Shown: piece after piece, positions 30,240 to 39,451 of the stretch | How the letters are laid out: each line of letters starts with the position of its first letter | How positions within the stretch are numbered: the first letter of the stretch is position 1 | Assembly (NCBI GenBank): GCA_018064425.1 | Contig: JAGHVF010000012.1 | Coordinates: forward strand, 28,486-92,485 | From: Candidatus Colinaster equi | Lineage (GTDB): Bacteria; Bacillota; Clostridia; Lachnospirales; Lachnospiraceae | DNA length: 64,000 nt | Reading direction: 5' to 3' | Program-made: the position numbers and the translations under genes | Notes under the pieces: model-generated | What the model was told of the DNA's origin: nothing | Seen by the model: only the letters and a program-made list of their open reading frames with translations | Database searches by the model: none

Positions 30240-31068
30240 TTTTATTCTCCGTCTTTTCCTCAAGTGCATTATATAACTGCGTAATCGTCTTTTTAAGAAT
30301 AGGATGGCGCATATTCGGCGCAATCTCCATAAGCGGTTTCAAAACGAAATCGCGATTCTCCATATCAACATGAGGAATAATCAAATCTTCACTTTCGTAT
30401 ACAAGATCATCATACATAATTATATCCAAATCAAGAGTTCTGGGACCCCAATGAATATCACGCACTCTGTTAGCATGCTGTTCCAAAATATGAAGATATT
30501 TGAGTAACTCCTCCGGCGACATAATTGTCTTAATATGACAAACACCATTAATGAAGTCATCCTGCTCAACAGGTCCGTAAGGCTTTGTCAAAATACGCGT
30601 AGAATCGTTTTTCACCTTAATCTGCTCGTGCTTATCAAATGCTTCCATCGCATCATCAATGTAGCCTTCCGAATCTCCCATATTGGAACCGTACGCAATA
30701 TATACATTATGCCAAGCTCTGTGAATCTTAACCGAGACGTTCTCCACCTCCATCGGCATGGGTGCCTCAGGTTTGCACACCTCAATATCTACAGCTTTTA
30801 TATGCGCATATGTAAGCAATATCTTTTCTGCTACTTTCTCTGCTACAGTCTCAATAAGATCATATTTAGTCTCAGTCATAACAGACTCGATTGTTGTACA
30901 CACCTTTGAATAATCGGTAGCCTCATTGTAGTCGTCTCTCCTTGCCACATACTTTGTATCTGTATGCAATACCGCATTTACAATGAAATTCTGCCCTTCA
31001 TTCTTCTCTTGAGCAAACACTCCGTGATAGGCATACACTTTGAGTCCTTTGATTCTGATTTCGTCCAT
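30232..31068 (-). CDS. folK: Bifunctional dihydroneopterin aldolase / HPPK (FolB-FolK)
   Basis: AYHGV...EK-x-x-GQ, DYS, LIETVAE, KPEAP, then YIAYGSNMG, QDDFING, WGPRTLDLDI, IIPH. Confidence 0.93.
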   Translation of the reverse strand: MDEIRIKGLKVYAYHGVFAQEKNEGQNFIVNAVLHTDTKYVARRDDYNEATDYSKVCTTIESVMTETKYDLIETVAEKVAEKILLTYAHIKAVDIEVCKPEAPMPMEVENVSVKIHRAWHNVYIAYGSNMGDSEGYIDDAMEAFDKHEQIKVKNDSTRILTKPYGPVEQDDFINGVCHIKTIMSPEELLKYLHILEQHANRVRDIHWGPRTLDLDIIMYDDLVYESEDLIIPHVDMENRDFVLKPLMEIAPNMRHPILKKTITQLYNALEEKTENKNV

Positions 31069-31083
31069 TTTTCTCCCCCTATT

Positions 31084-31923
31084 TTATGAATTTATTATTG
31101 CCTCCGCCATTTTTACTGCCAATACATTTGGCGCAATATCATGCACACGTACAAATGCCGCCCCCTTACAAGCCGCAATCACAGATGTTGCAACTGTAGG
31201 ATATAACCTGTCATCAATATCCAGATTAAGCGTTTTCCCGATAAAAGACTTGCGACTGCATCCTAACAAAATCGGATACCCTAAGCATTTCAACCTATCA
31301 ATCGATTCAATAATTTGCAAATTCTGATTAACATCCTTTGCAAAACCTACCCCCGGATCAATAATGATTCGCTCATCACCTATTCCTGCATTTGTTGCCA
31401 GTTGAATCGACTGCATAAGATCATTGGATACGTCAGCCACAATATCAACATAACCATAATCTGTCGCGTCACCTTTAACAGATATCGGATGTCTATTATG
31501 CATAATACATACACAAGCCGTATCGGAAGATGCAGCTATCGCCTGTGCCATAGTATTATCATATTTTAGCCCCCAAATATCATTTATCATATGCGCACCG
31601 GCTTTAATTCCAAGACTTGCAACCGATGATTTGTATGTATCCAACGAAATAGGTACATCAAAGTGCTCTGCAATCGCTTCAATAACCGGTATTACTCTTG
31701 AAAGTTCTTCCTCTGCACTCACACTATCTGCTCCGGGTCTGGTGCTCTCTCCGCCGATGTCAATAATATCCGCGCCCTCCGATATCATTTGTTCAACACG
31801 ATACAAGGCATCGGATATATTCTTTATACTGCCTCCGTCCGAAAACGAATCGGGAGTAACATTTAATATTCCGCAGATATATGTATGCTTATTAGTATCA
31901 AATACTCTGTTTCCAATCTTCAT
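31084..31923 (-). CDS. folP: Dihydropteroate synthase
   Basis: GILNVTPDSFSDGG, DIGGESTRPG, DPGVGFAK, SRKSFIG, VRVHD. Confidence 0.97.
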   Translation of the reverse strand: MKIGNRVFDTNKHTYICGILNVTPDSFSDGGSIKNISDALYRVEQMISEGADIIDIGGESTRPGADSVSAEEELSRVIPVIEAIAEHFDVPISLDTYKSSVASLGIKAGAHMINDIWGLKYDNTMAQAIAASSDTACVCIMHNRHPISVKGDATDYGYVDIVADVSNDLMQSIQLATNAGIGDERIIIDPGVGFAKDVNQNLQIIESIDRLKCLGYPILLGCSRKSFIGKTLNLDIDDRLYPTVATSVIAACKGAAFVRVHDIAPNVLAVKMAEAIINS

Positions 31924-31929
31924 GTCTAC

Positions 31930-32496
31930 CTATAATCTAAAATTACGAACTCTTCCGTAAAATGTACTCTGCAGCTTATCATTGTCGACAAAATCGCCTC
32001 TTGTAGCTACGGTCACAGTTGTGCTGCCCGGCTTTTTAACACCACGCATAGTCATACACATATGCTCAGCTTCAAGCATTACCATAACACCCTTTGGCGC
32101 CAATTCTTTCATAATTGCATCTGCTATCTGTGCAGTCATTCTCTCCTGTATCTGTGGGCGCTTCGCATATACTTCAACGGTTCTTGCAAGCTTACTTAAA
32201 CCAACCACCTCTCCGTTAGGTATATATGCAACATGTGCTTTACCGTAAAATGGCAGCAAATGATGCTCACACATTGAATAGAAAGTAATATCTCTTTCTA
32301 CTACCATCTCATTGTTATCAACACTGAATCGCTTACTTAGTATCTCGTCACATTCCATATCCATTCCGCCGAATATTTCCTCATACATTCTGGCGATTCT
32401 GTCAGGTGTCTCAATCAATCCTTCTCTTGTCTTATCTTCTCCGATTGCATCAAGCAACATTTCTATTGCTTCACGTACTTTCTTCTTATCAACCAT
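31930..32496 (-). CDS. folE: GTP cyclohydrolase I
   Basis: REGLIETP-x-[31 protein letters not shown]. Start moved to ATG 32496 (TAATG overlap with folC). Confidence 0.96.
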   Translation of the reverse strand: MVDKKKVREAIEMLLDAIGEDKTREGLIETPDRIARMYEEIFGGMDMECDEILSKRFSVDNNEMVVERDITFYSMCEHHLLPFYGKAHVAYIPNGEVVGLSKLARTVEVYAKRPQIQERMTAQIADAIMKELAPKGVMVMLEAEHMCMTMRGVKKPGSTTVTVATRGDFVDNDKLQSTFYGRVRNFRL

Positions 32497-33845
32497 TAAT
32501 GTTTTGCTCCCTTTTGTATTTTGGCGGCATCCATCAACCTTCCAAGATATGCCAACGAACCGCATGCCAATATCAACGTGTCTTTATCGGCCATCATTTT
32601 TGCCATCCAAACAGCTTCTTCCACGCTGTCGGTCGATGTCACATTCTTATTAACACGCATAACTTCACGTGCCAATTCCACACTCGGTAATGCTCTTGGA
32701 TTGCCCGGTGTAGCTACCGTAAGTACCATTTCCGCATCTTCGCACAGTAGTTTAATAACCTTGTCAATCTCTTTATCCTTAAACATTCCTATGATAATAA
32801 TTTTGCGCTTATTTTTATAATATATATCAATTGTCTCTTTTAATCTTGCGGCAGCATCCGGATTATGAGCACCGTCTGCAATTATTAGCGGTGTCTTTGA
32901 TACAATCTGCATTCTTCCCGGCCAACTTGCATGTAACAAGCCCCATTTAATCTGTGCATCGGATATCACTTTCTTATTACACCACCACTTGTCTAGATTA
33001 ACATTTATTCCGTCGTTATTCAACACAACCAGTCTGTTATAGCATGCAATCACTTCAATTGCGCATGCCGCATTATATATCTGATAGGTTCCTCTGAGAG
33101 TTGTCCTATACTTTTCCTTTTTATATTCAAACTCTTGATAATTTGCACCGTATTTAATTTTGTCAATTAATGATTCTTGAACACAATCAAAAGATGCATT
33201 ATTTTCCATTGATGCATTCTCTAATATTTTACTCACCTGCAAATGTTGCACACCGGATACAACCGCTGTTGACTCTTTTATTATCCCGGCCTTTTGAGTT
33301 GCAATCTCCTCAAGTGATTCACCTAAGAATTGCATATGATCCATATCAATATGAGCAAAAACCTCTATAATTGATGTCTTCACAAGATTTGTAGCATCAT
33401 AAGCTCCGCCCATACCGCATTCAAGCAATACAATATCGCATTTTTTATCAACGAAAAAAAGAAATGAAATAGCTGTCTCTATCTCGAATGCAGTCGGGTG
33501 CGGCAGCCCTTCTTTTATCATATCATCAATAGCGCTCGCAACTCTTGTAACATAGGAAGCAAATGCCTTCTTCGACATTAATACACCGTTCACCTGAAAA
33601 CGTTCCAGATATGAAACTATAGTCGGAGAAACATATCTACCGACCTTAAGTCCCGCATGTGACATAATTGTAGACACAAAGCAAAGTGTTGAACCCTTGC
33701 CGTTTGTGCCCGCAACATGAATGAATTTGAGATTATTTTGTGGATTCCCCAGCCTGTCACACAATGCGGTAATGCTCTCAAGTCCCGGAACACTACCGTA
33801 TTTTGCGCAGTCTTCTATATATTCAAAAGCGTCATTTATGTTCAT
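32496..33845 (-). CDS. folC: Folylpolyglutamate synthase / dihydrofolate synthase
   Basis: [16 protein letters not shown]-x-x-DATN, DH...KAGIIK, WPGRMQ, DGAHN. Confidence 0.95.
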   Translation of the reverse strand: MNINDAFEYIEDCAKYGSVPGLESITALCDRLGNPQNNLKFIHVAGTNGKGSTLCFVSTIMSHAGLKVGRYVSPTIVSYLERFQVNGVLMSKKAFASYVTRVASAIDDMIKEGLPHPTAFEIETAISFLFFVDKKCDIVLLECGMGGAYDATNLVKTSIIEVFAHIDMDHMQFLGESLEEIATQKAGIIKESTAVVSGVQHLQVSKILENASMENNASFDCVQESLIDKIKYGANYQEFEYKKEKYRTTLRGTYQIYNAACAIEVIACYNRLVVLNNDGINVNLDKWWCNKKVISDAQIKWGLLHASWPGRMQIVSKTPLIIADGAHNPDAAARLKETIDIYYKNKRKIIIIGMFKDKEIDKVIKLLCEDAEMVLTVATPGNPRALPSVELAREVMRVNKNVTSTDSVEEAVWMAKMMADKDTLILACGSLAYLGRLMDAAKIQKGAKH

Positions 33846-33859
33846 ATTGTCACCTCATA

Positions 33860-33879
33860 ATATGACACTTGTGTCATAT
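33860..33879. repeat. Dispersed palindrome, copy 5 (20-bp extended)
   Basis: ATATGACACTTGTGTCATAT fills the gap between the pyrI stop and the folC RBS. Confidence 0.8.
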
Positions 33880-34317
33880 CTATACAAATCTTCTCTTATC
33901 AAGTTTCTCTTCACAATATTTACATCTATATATACCTTTCTTTTCATCCGATAAAAAGAAAATATGTGGCAGTTCCTGCTCAATAGATGTAATACATCGT
34001 GGATTACTGCACTTAAAAATATGACTTATTTCTTTTGGCAAAGTCAATTGTTTTTTTCCTACAATCACGCCATCTTTTATAACATTAACCGTTATATTGC
34101 AATCAATTGCCGCAAGTACATCCATATCCAATAAATCGATGGGACATTCTACTTTTAAAATGTCCTTTTTTCCCATCTTATTTGACTTGGCATTCTTAAT
34201 AATTGCCACAGTACAATCCATTTTATCCAGTCTAAGATGATGATATATCGCAAGGCTCTGTCCTGCTTTAATATGATCAAGTACAAAACCCTCTTCTATT
34301 TTACCAACGTTAAGCAT
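33880..34317 (-). CDS. pyrI: Aspartate carbamoyltransferase regulatory subunit
   Basis: GFVLDHI, KKDILKVE, CSNPRCIT...CKYC zinc site. Confidence 0.95.
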   Translation of the reverse strand: MLNVGKIEEGFVLDHIKAGQSLAIYHHLRLDKMDCTVAIIKNAKSNKMGKKDILKVECPIDLLDMDVLAAIDCNITVNVIKDGVIVGKKQLTLPKEISHIFKCSNPRCITSIEQELPHIFFLSDEKKGIYRCKYCEEKLDKRRFV

Positions 34318-34330
34318 ACTTGTCCTCCCA

Positions 34331-35248
34331 TTACATCTTTATTCCGAGCAAAGTCAGAATAAGCGCCATTCTAACATAGACTCCATACGCGGCCTGCTTA
34401 AAATATGCAGCTCTCGGATCATCGTCAATCTCTACCGATATCTCATTAACTCTCGGTAACGGATGCAAAATCATCATATCCTCTTTGGCCTGCTCCATCT
34501 TGCTCTTGGTAAGAATGTAGAAATCCTTCAATCGAATGTAATCTTCCTCATTGAAGAAGCGCTCTCTCTGTACACGAGTCATATAGAGAATATCTAATTC
34601 GCCAATCGTATCTTCCAGACGAATAACCTCTCTGTATTCAATATTTTTCTCGTTCAACATATCTGTAATATAATCCGGCACCTTCAATTCTTCAGGCGAG
34701 ATAAATATGAATTTTACATTTTCATATCTGCTGAGTGCATTTATCAATGAATGAACTGTTCTGCCGAATTTCAAGTCACCGCATAAGCCTATCGTAAAAT
34801 TACCCAGTCGGCCTTTCAAAGATCTGATAGTCAGCAAATCTGTCAATGTCTGTGTCGGGTGTTGATGTCCGCCGTCTCCTGCATTGATTACCGGAATAAG
34901 TGATTTGGCGGCAGCAACATAAGCCGCACCTTCCTTCGGATGTCTCATTGCACAAATATCCGCATAACATGATATCACTCTGATTGTATCAGAAACGCTC
35001 TCACCTTTAGCCGCGGATGAACTTGCCGCATCGGAAAAGCCTAATACCTCTCCGCCCAAATTAAGCATTGCCGCCTCAAAACTAAGTCTGGTTCTTGTAC
35101 TTGGTTCATAGAAACAGGTTGCAAGCTTTTTTCTCTTACATGCATCTTCATACTTCTTTGGATTAGCCTCAATATCATTGGCCAAATCAAACAGTTCTTC
35201 CAATTCTTCCACTGAAAAATCAAGTGGATTCATCAAATGTCTTGGCAT
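34331..35248 (-). CDS. pyrB: Aspartate carbamoyltransferase catalytic subunit
   Basis: [13 protein letters not shown]-x-x-QHPTQ, [17 protein letters not shown]. Start moved to ATG 35248 (RBS AGGAGAGG). Confidence 0.97.
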   Translation of the reverse strand: MPRHLMNPLDFSVEELEELFDLANDIEANPKKYEDACKRKKLATCFYEPSTRTRLSFEAAMLNLGGEVLGFSDAASSSAAKGESVSDTIRVISCYADICAMRHPKEGAAYVAAAKSLIPVINAGDGGHQHPTQTLTDLLTIRSLKGRLGNFTIGLCGDLKFGRTVHSLINALSRYENVKFIFISPEELKVPDYITDMLNEKNIEYREVIRLEDTIGELDILYMTRVQRERFFNEEDYIRLKDFYILTKSKMEQAKEDMMILHPLPRVNEISVEIDDDPRAAYFKQAAYGVYVRMALILTLLGIKM

Positions 35249-35282
35249 TTTACCTCTCCTTAACAAATTCTGGCGCTACTAT

Positions 35283-35316
35283 AAAAAAAACGAAGAGAAA
35301 ATAATATTCCCTTCGT
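35283..35316 (-). terminator. Leader (attenuator) terminator upstream of pyrB
   Basis: Minus strand ACGAAGGGAA-loop-TTCTCTTCGT followed by a T-run, between the promoter and pyrB. Confidence 0.8.
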
Positions 35317-35369
35317 CAATCCATACATCCTCTATTCAATAAAGCCTGTCTGTAAATAGTAGCTCTCAC
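35316..35369 (-). CDS. Putative pyrBI leader peptide MRATIYRQALLNRGCMD (17 aa)
   Basis: GAGGAG RBS 6 nt before a GTG. The TGA stop overlaps the first base of the attenuator stem. Confidence 0.6.
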   Translation of the reverse strand: MRATIYRQALLNRGCMD

Positions 35370-35394
35370 TTCAGTCTCCTCTTTCTTTCTATGT

Positions 35395-35451
35395 ATGATA
35401 ACACAATAAATTGTACTTAGCAATGACAAATTCATCTAAATATCGTATAAT
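35395..35451. promoter_or_regulatory. Back-to-back divergent sigma-A promoters (pyrBI and PH-domain gene)
   Basis: Minus: TTGCTA (35423-35418)-17-TATCAT (35400-35395) with TG extension. Plus: ATGACA (35423-35428)-17-TATAAT (35446-35451). Confidence 0.7.
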
Positions 35452-35481
35452 TATAATACATATGAAACGGAGGTGCTTATT

Positions 35482-35865
35482 ATGACATTTAGAGAGCGCA
35501 AAAGATGGCTGTTTTTCGGTCTACCATTTACTTTTACAGTTTATTCAATCAAAGATGATATGATTACGATTGATACAGGATTCTTCAAAAAAGAAGAGAA
35601 TGATTGCTATATGTATAAAGTTGTCGACGTTAAGTTGACTCGAACATTTATCGAAAGAATCTTCGGATTAGGTACAATCACATGCATAACCGGTGATTCA
35701 ACCGATCCCATCTTGCTTATCAAACATATTAAAAAAGCAAAAGAGATAAAGGATTATATTTTAGAAGCATCCGAGCAGGCAAGACTGAAGAGACGAACAG
35801 TCAATATGTTGGATATCGGTGCCGGTGATATGTCAGACGTAGAGCCTGACTCATTTACAAATTAA
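35482..35865 (+). CDS. Bacterial PH-domain protein (bPH_2/YdbS-like)
   Basis: RKRWLFFGLPFTFT-x-Y, RTFIERIFGLGTI, D-x-TDP. Start moved to ATG 35482 (RBS GGAGG). Confidence 0.8.
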   Translation: MTFRERKRWLFFGLPFTFTVYSIKDDMITIDTGFFKKEENDCYMYKVVDVKLTRTFIERIFGLGTITCITGDSTDPILLIKHIKKAKEIKDYILEASEQARLKRRTVNMLDIGAGDMSDVEPDSFTN

Positions 35866-35885
35866 TTAAAACATCTATTTTTTAG

Positions 35886-35918
35886 GCGTAGCAATCAAAA
35901 GATTGCTACGCTTTTTTT
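35886..35918 (+). terminator. Terminator of the PH-domain gene
   Basis: GCGTAGCAATC/GATTGCTACGC stem plus T7. Confidence 0.9.
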
Positions 35919-35923
35919 GCAAT

Positions 35924-35966
35924 AAAAAACCCTTAAACAGATTAGTGTAGCCAACCTGTTTAAGGG
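35924..35966 (-). terminator. Terminator of ftsZ / dcw operon
   Basis: CCCTTAAACAG/CTGTTTAAGGG stem plus a T-run on the minus strand. Confidence 0.8.
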
Positions 35967-35996
35967 AATTCAAATATCATATCTTACTTCAATCAA

Positions 35997-37220
35997 TTAC
36001 TTCTTCTGCAAGAAATCCGGAATCTTTAACTGCTGTTCGTCGATCTTACTCTTGATATCAGTTGTCTTCTGTGTACCAAAGTTACGCGTAACAGCATTAG
36101 GAGTTACCGCACCGGCAGGTCTTGTGCCTGCTGACGGATTAAGAGTAGGTCTTACACCCTGCTGTAACGGAGCCGCAGCGCTTGATGCTGTTGAAGCACC
36201 TGCTGTCTGACTGGTTCTGATTACGTTTCTTGTACTGAATCTTGAAGCTGTTCCAAACGGTGACTGTTTTACTTCATCAATACCTGTTGCAATAACAGTA
36301 ATCTTACATGTATCAGCTTCACTGTCATCATACATAGCACCAAATATTACATTGATATCCTCACCTGTAATCGACATTACATAATCGGCTGCATCATCTG
36401 CATCGAACATTGAAATATCACCGGATACGTTAAGAATAACATCTGTAGCACCTTTAATCGTTGTCTCAAGAAGCGGAGACTCAATAGCCATAACAATCGC
36501 TTCCTTAGCCTTGTCATCACCTTTACCGATACCGATACCGATATGTGCAATACCCTTATTACGCATAACTGTCTGAATATCCGCAAAGTCAAGATTGATA
36601 ATTGAAGGTACATTAATAAGATCGGTAATACCCTGCACTGCCTGCTGAAGCACTTCGTCGGCTTTCTTAAGAGCCTCAGGCATTGTTGTACGACGATCTA
36701 CAATCTCAAGAATCTTATCGTTTGGAATAACAATAAGAGTATCAACATTCTCTTTAAGTCTCTCAATACCACCGGTTGCATTCTGCATACGAGTCTTAGC
36801 CTCGAATCTGAAAGGCTTTGTAACTACACCGACAGTAAGTATACCCATATCTTTGGCAATCTTAGCCACAACCGGAGCAGCACCGGTACCTGTACCGCCG
36901 CCCATACCGCAAGTAACAAATACCATATTATATGAACGAAGAGCATTAGTTAACTCTTCATAGCTTTCCTCTGCAGCTTTTTCACCTACCTCAGGCTTAG
37001 CACCGGCGCCAAGACCTTTTGTAAGCTTCTCACCAATCTGTAAAAGTTTAGGTGCCTTACAAAGTGACAATGCCTGTCTATCTGTATTAACACCAATAAA
37101 ATCAACCCCGGAAATGTTCTCCTCTATCATTCTGTTAACTGCGTTATTACCGGCACCACCTACACCAACAACAAGGATTTTTGCACCGGCCTGCGCATCA
37201 TTTGTCTTTACCTCAAGCAA
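35997..37220 (-). CDS. ftsZ: Cell division protein FtsZ
   Basis: [25 protein letters not shown]-terminal IPDFL. TTG start. Confidence 0.99.
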   Translation of the reverse strand: MLEVKTNDAQAGAKILVVGVGGAGNNAVNRMIEENISGVDFIGVNTDRQALSLCKAPKLLQIGEKLTKGLGAGAKPEVGEKAAEESYEELTNALRSYNMVFVTCGMGGGTGTGAAPVVAKIAKDMGILTVGVVTKPFRFEAKTRMQNATGGIERLKENVDTLIVIPNDKILEIVDRRTTMPEALKKADEVLQQAVQGITDLINVPSIINLDFADIQTVMRNKGIAHIGIGIGKGDDKAKEAIVMAIESPLLETTIKGATDVILNVSGDISMFDADDAADYVMSITGEDINVIFGAMYDDSEADTCKITVIATGIDEVKQSPFGTASRFSTRNVIRTSQTAGASTASSAAAPLQQGVRPTLNPSAGTRPAGAVTPNAVTRNFGTQKTTDIKSKIDEQQLKIPDFLQKK

Positions 37221-37330
37221 GAGTCTCTCCTCCTTCTCCCACGCTTAAATCACACTCTTTATCATATAATTTTTTCTTCGTTTTCGCAATCTTTTTTTTT
37301 GTTTTTAGCAAAGATAGGCATATTGTACTA

Positions 37331-38296
37331 CTATTTATCTTTTTCAAAAGTCACTATACTATCTTCGCTCGTATAATTTTCCAGTCTCAGTACTCCTTTT
37401 TCCCCGTCCAAGCTTGGTAAAATTGCCTTCAAACGAATAATTTTCTCATCAATATTTGTGAAATCACCAAGTTGAATCCTTGCATCATCAAAATACAAGG
37501 TAATATTCAAATTGGAATCAAAATATATTTTATCAACTTCCAATTCATGTTTCTTTAAAAGCTGTGTTACTTCAAGTATCTGTTTGAAAATATCTTCATT
37601 TTCTACAGGTAATCTCTCATACAGAACAATATGATCGTAGCTTAGGCCCATTATCTGAGGAATACCCTTTGTCTTACTCTCAGATGATTCTACCACAGTG
37701 CCGTCTTTATCAAAATAAAAATATCTTCCCATATTTTCAACGAAACCGGCCATAGCCTTTTCATATACGCTAATCTTTATTGTTGACGGATTAACAATCT
37801 TCACACTCATTGTTTGAATAAACGGAATATCTTCAATATCCTTATTTTTATACTTCATTGACAGATACAATGAGCTTTTCGAAAAACGGTCATTCAATAC
37901 AAAATTGTATATTTCTTCATTCGAATAATGCACATTGCCTTCAATAAGTACCGTGTCAACCGTATAGATGTTTACAACAATCACAAATACCGCACTAAGT
38001 ATAATCAGTAAAAACAACAAGGCACACAGAATTCTGTGATCCATCACAAAATCCAGTATTCTCTCCTTTGCTGATCTTTTTACCTTTTTCGTTACTTTCT
38101 TCTTATCATCTTTCTTTTTGCTCTTTTTGCTTTTAATAAGTCTTCTGTCCGGAGCATCCAAATTAGATGAAAATATCGGTAATTCCGCAGTCAATGAAGC
38201 TAATGAAACAGTATCGCCAAGCTTCTTTTGTTTCTCGATAGACATCATCGTTGCCGACTTTGTATTCACTTTTTGTTTCTTACTGCTCTTTGCCAT
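37331..38296 (-). CDS. ftsQ: Cell division protein FtsQ/DivIB
   Basis: Basic cytoplasmic N-terminus, single TM, POTRA domain (IEGNVHYS), position between ftsW and ftsZ. Confidence 0.8.
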   Translation of the reverse strand: MAKSSKKQKVNTKSATMMSIEKQKKLGDTVSLASLTAELPIFSSNLDAPDRRLIKSKKSKKKDDKKKVTKKVKRSAKERILDFVMDHRILCALLFLLIILSAVFVIVVNIYTVDTVLIEGNVHYSNEEIYNFVLNDRFSKSSLYLSMKYKNKDIEDIPFIQTMSVKIVNPSTIKISVYEKAMAGFVENMGRYFYFDKDGTVVESSESKTKGIPQIMGLSYDHIVLYERLPVENEDIFKQILEVTQLLKKHELEVDKIYFDSNLNITLYFDDARIQLGDFTNIDEKIIRLKAILPSLDGEKGVLRLENYTSEDSIVTFEKDK

Positions 38297-38299
38297 ATG

Positions 38300-39451
38300 T
38301 TAATCCTTGAATTCAATCGATCTGGCCACGCTGAATACCAATCCCAATTCAATAAGCAAAAACATAACGGAAGTACCTCCGTAACTTATAAATGGAAGCG
38401 AAATTCCCGTATTGGGAATAGTATTTGTAACAACCGCTACATTAAGCAACACTTGAACAGATATATGTCCCATCACACCAACAACAAGCAATCCGCCAAA
38501 CAAATCCGGTGCGTTATTGGCAATAATCATCAATCTCCAAAGCATCAATATGAACAGCAAAATGATACATATTCCGCCAAACAATCCCAGTTCTTCACAT
38601 ATAATTGAAAAGATCATATCGTTCTGTGCTTCCGGAATAAATCCCAATTTTTGTGTACTCTGTCCCAAGCCTTTTCCAAATATTCCGCCCGAACCAATCG
38701 CATATAATGCCTGTAATGTCTGGAAACCTGTACCCGACGAATATGCTTCGGGATTGAGCCAAGCAAGTATTCTGGCACCTCTGAATCCAAATCCGCCGCC
38801 TGCACCTGCCTTTGCAATAACAAATATAAGTAACGTACCAAGTGCCACTACAGATATGACAATCGCCGCGAATCTCTTATATTCCGGGCTCGCAACAAAC
38901 AACATAATAAATGCAATTGCAAAAATGATAATTGCAGAACTCATATTATCCGTTATTAACCATACTAAAAGGCATATAGGCACCGGTGCGCACAGCACAA
39001 ACAAAAAGCCCTTTCTATGCCTTATATTGTTACCAAGTTTGCAAACAAAAGATGCAAGAAACAGAATCATAGCAAGCTTTGCTATCTCTGCCGGCTGAAC
39101 CGATATACCCAGATTAAGCCATCTTCTGGCACCGTTTGCTTCGATGCCAAGCGGTGTCAACACAAGTAAAATAAGTATAATTGAAACAATATATCCCCAA
39201 CCGGCAAATCTCTCCCAAAAATGATACGGTATTACTGATACAAGTATCATCATAATGAGACCTACCAATGTAGCAAACATCTGCTTCTTCAGATAAAAAG
39301 CAGCATCATTCTGAAGCTTAGAAGAAACGCTGGCCTCATAAGAGCTTGTTGAATATACCATAATAAGTCCAAATCCAAGCAATACAATGATAATGAATAT
39401 TAAACTGTAATCAACGTATCCGCCGATACGTCTTCTCTTATCTTGGGTCAT
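38300..39451 (-). CDS. ftsW: SEDS family peptidoglycan polymerase FtsW
   Basis: GLIMVYSTS, GARRW, QPAEIAK, PEAQNDMIF, EELG, LPFISYGG. Start moved to ATG 39451 (RBS GGAGG). Confidence 0.93.
   Translation of the reverse strand: MTQDKRRRIGGYVDYSLIFIIIVLLGFGLIMVYSTSSYEASVSSKLQNDAAFYLKKQMFATLVGLIMMILVSVIPYHFWERFAGWGYIVSIILILLVLTPLGIEANGARRWLNLGISVQPAEIAKLAMILFLASFVCKLGNNIRHRKGFLFVLCAPVPICLLVWLITDNMSSAIIIFAIAFIMLFVASPEYKRFAAIVISVVALGTLLIFVIAKAGAGGGFGFRGARILAWLNPEAYSSGTGFQTLQALYAIGSGGIFGKGLGQSTQKLGFIPEAQNDMIFSIICEELGLFGGICIILLFILMLWRLMIIANNAPDLFGGLLVVGVMGHISVQVLLNVAVVTNTIPNTGISLPFISYGGTSVMFLLIELGLVFSVARSIEFKD

Noticed and set aside
35283-35400. PyrR-binding attenuator
   Set aside because: No ARUCCNGNGAGGYU loop found. 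The RBS-uORF-terminator layout fits better.
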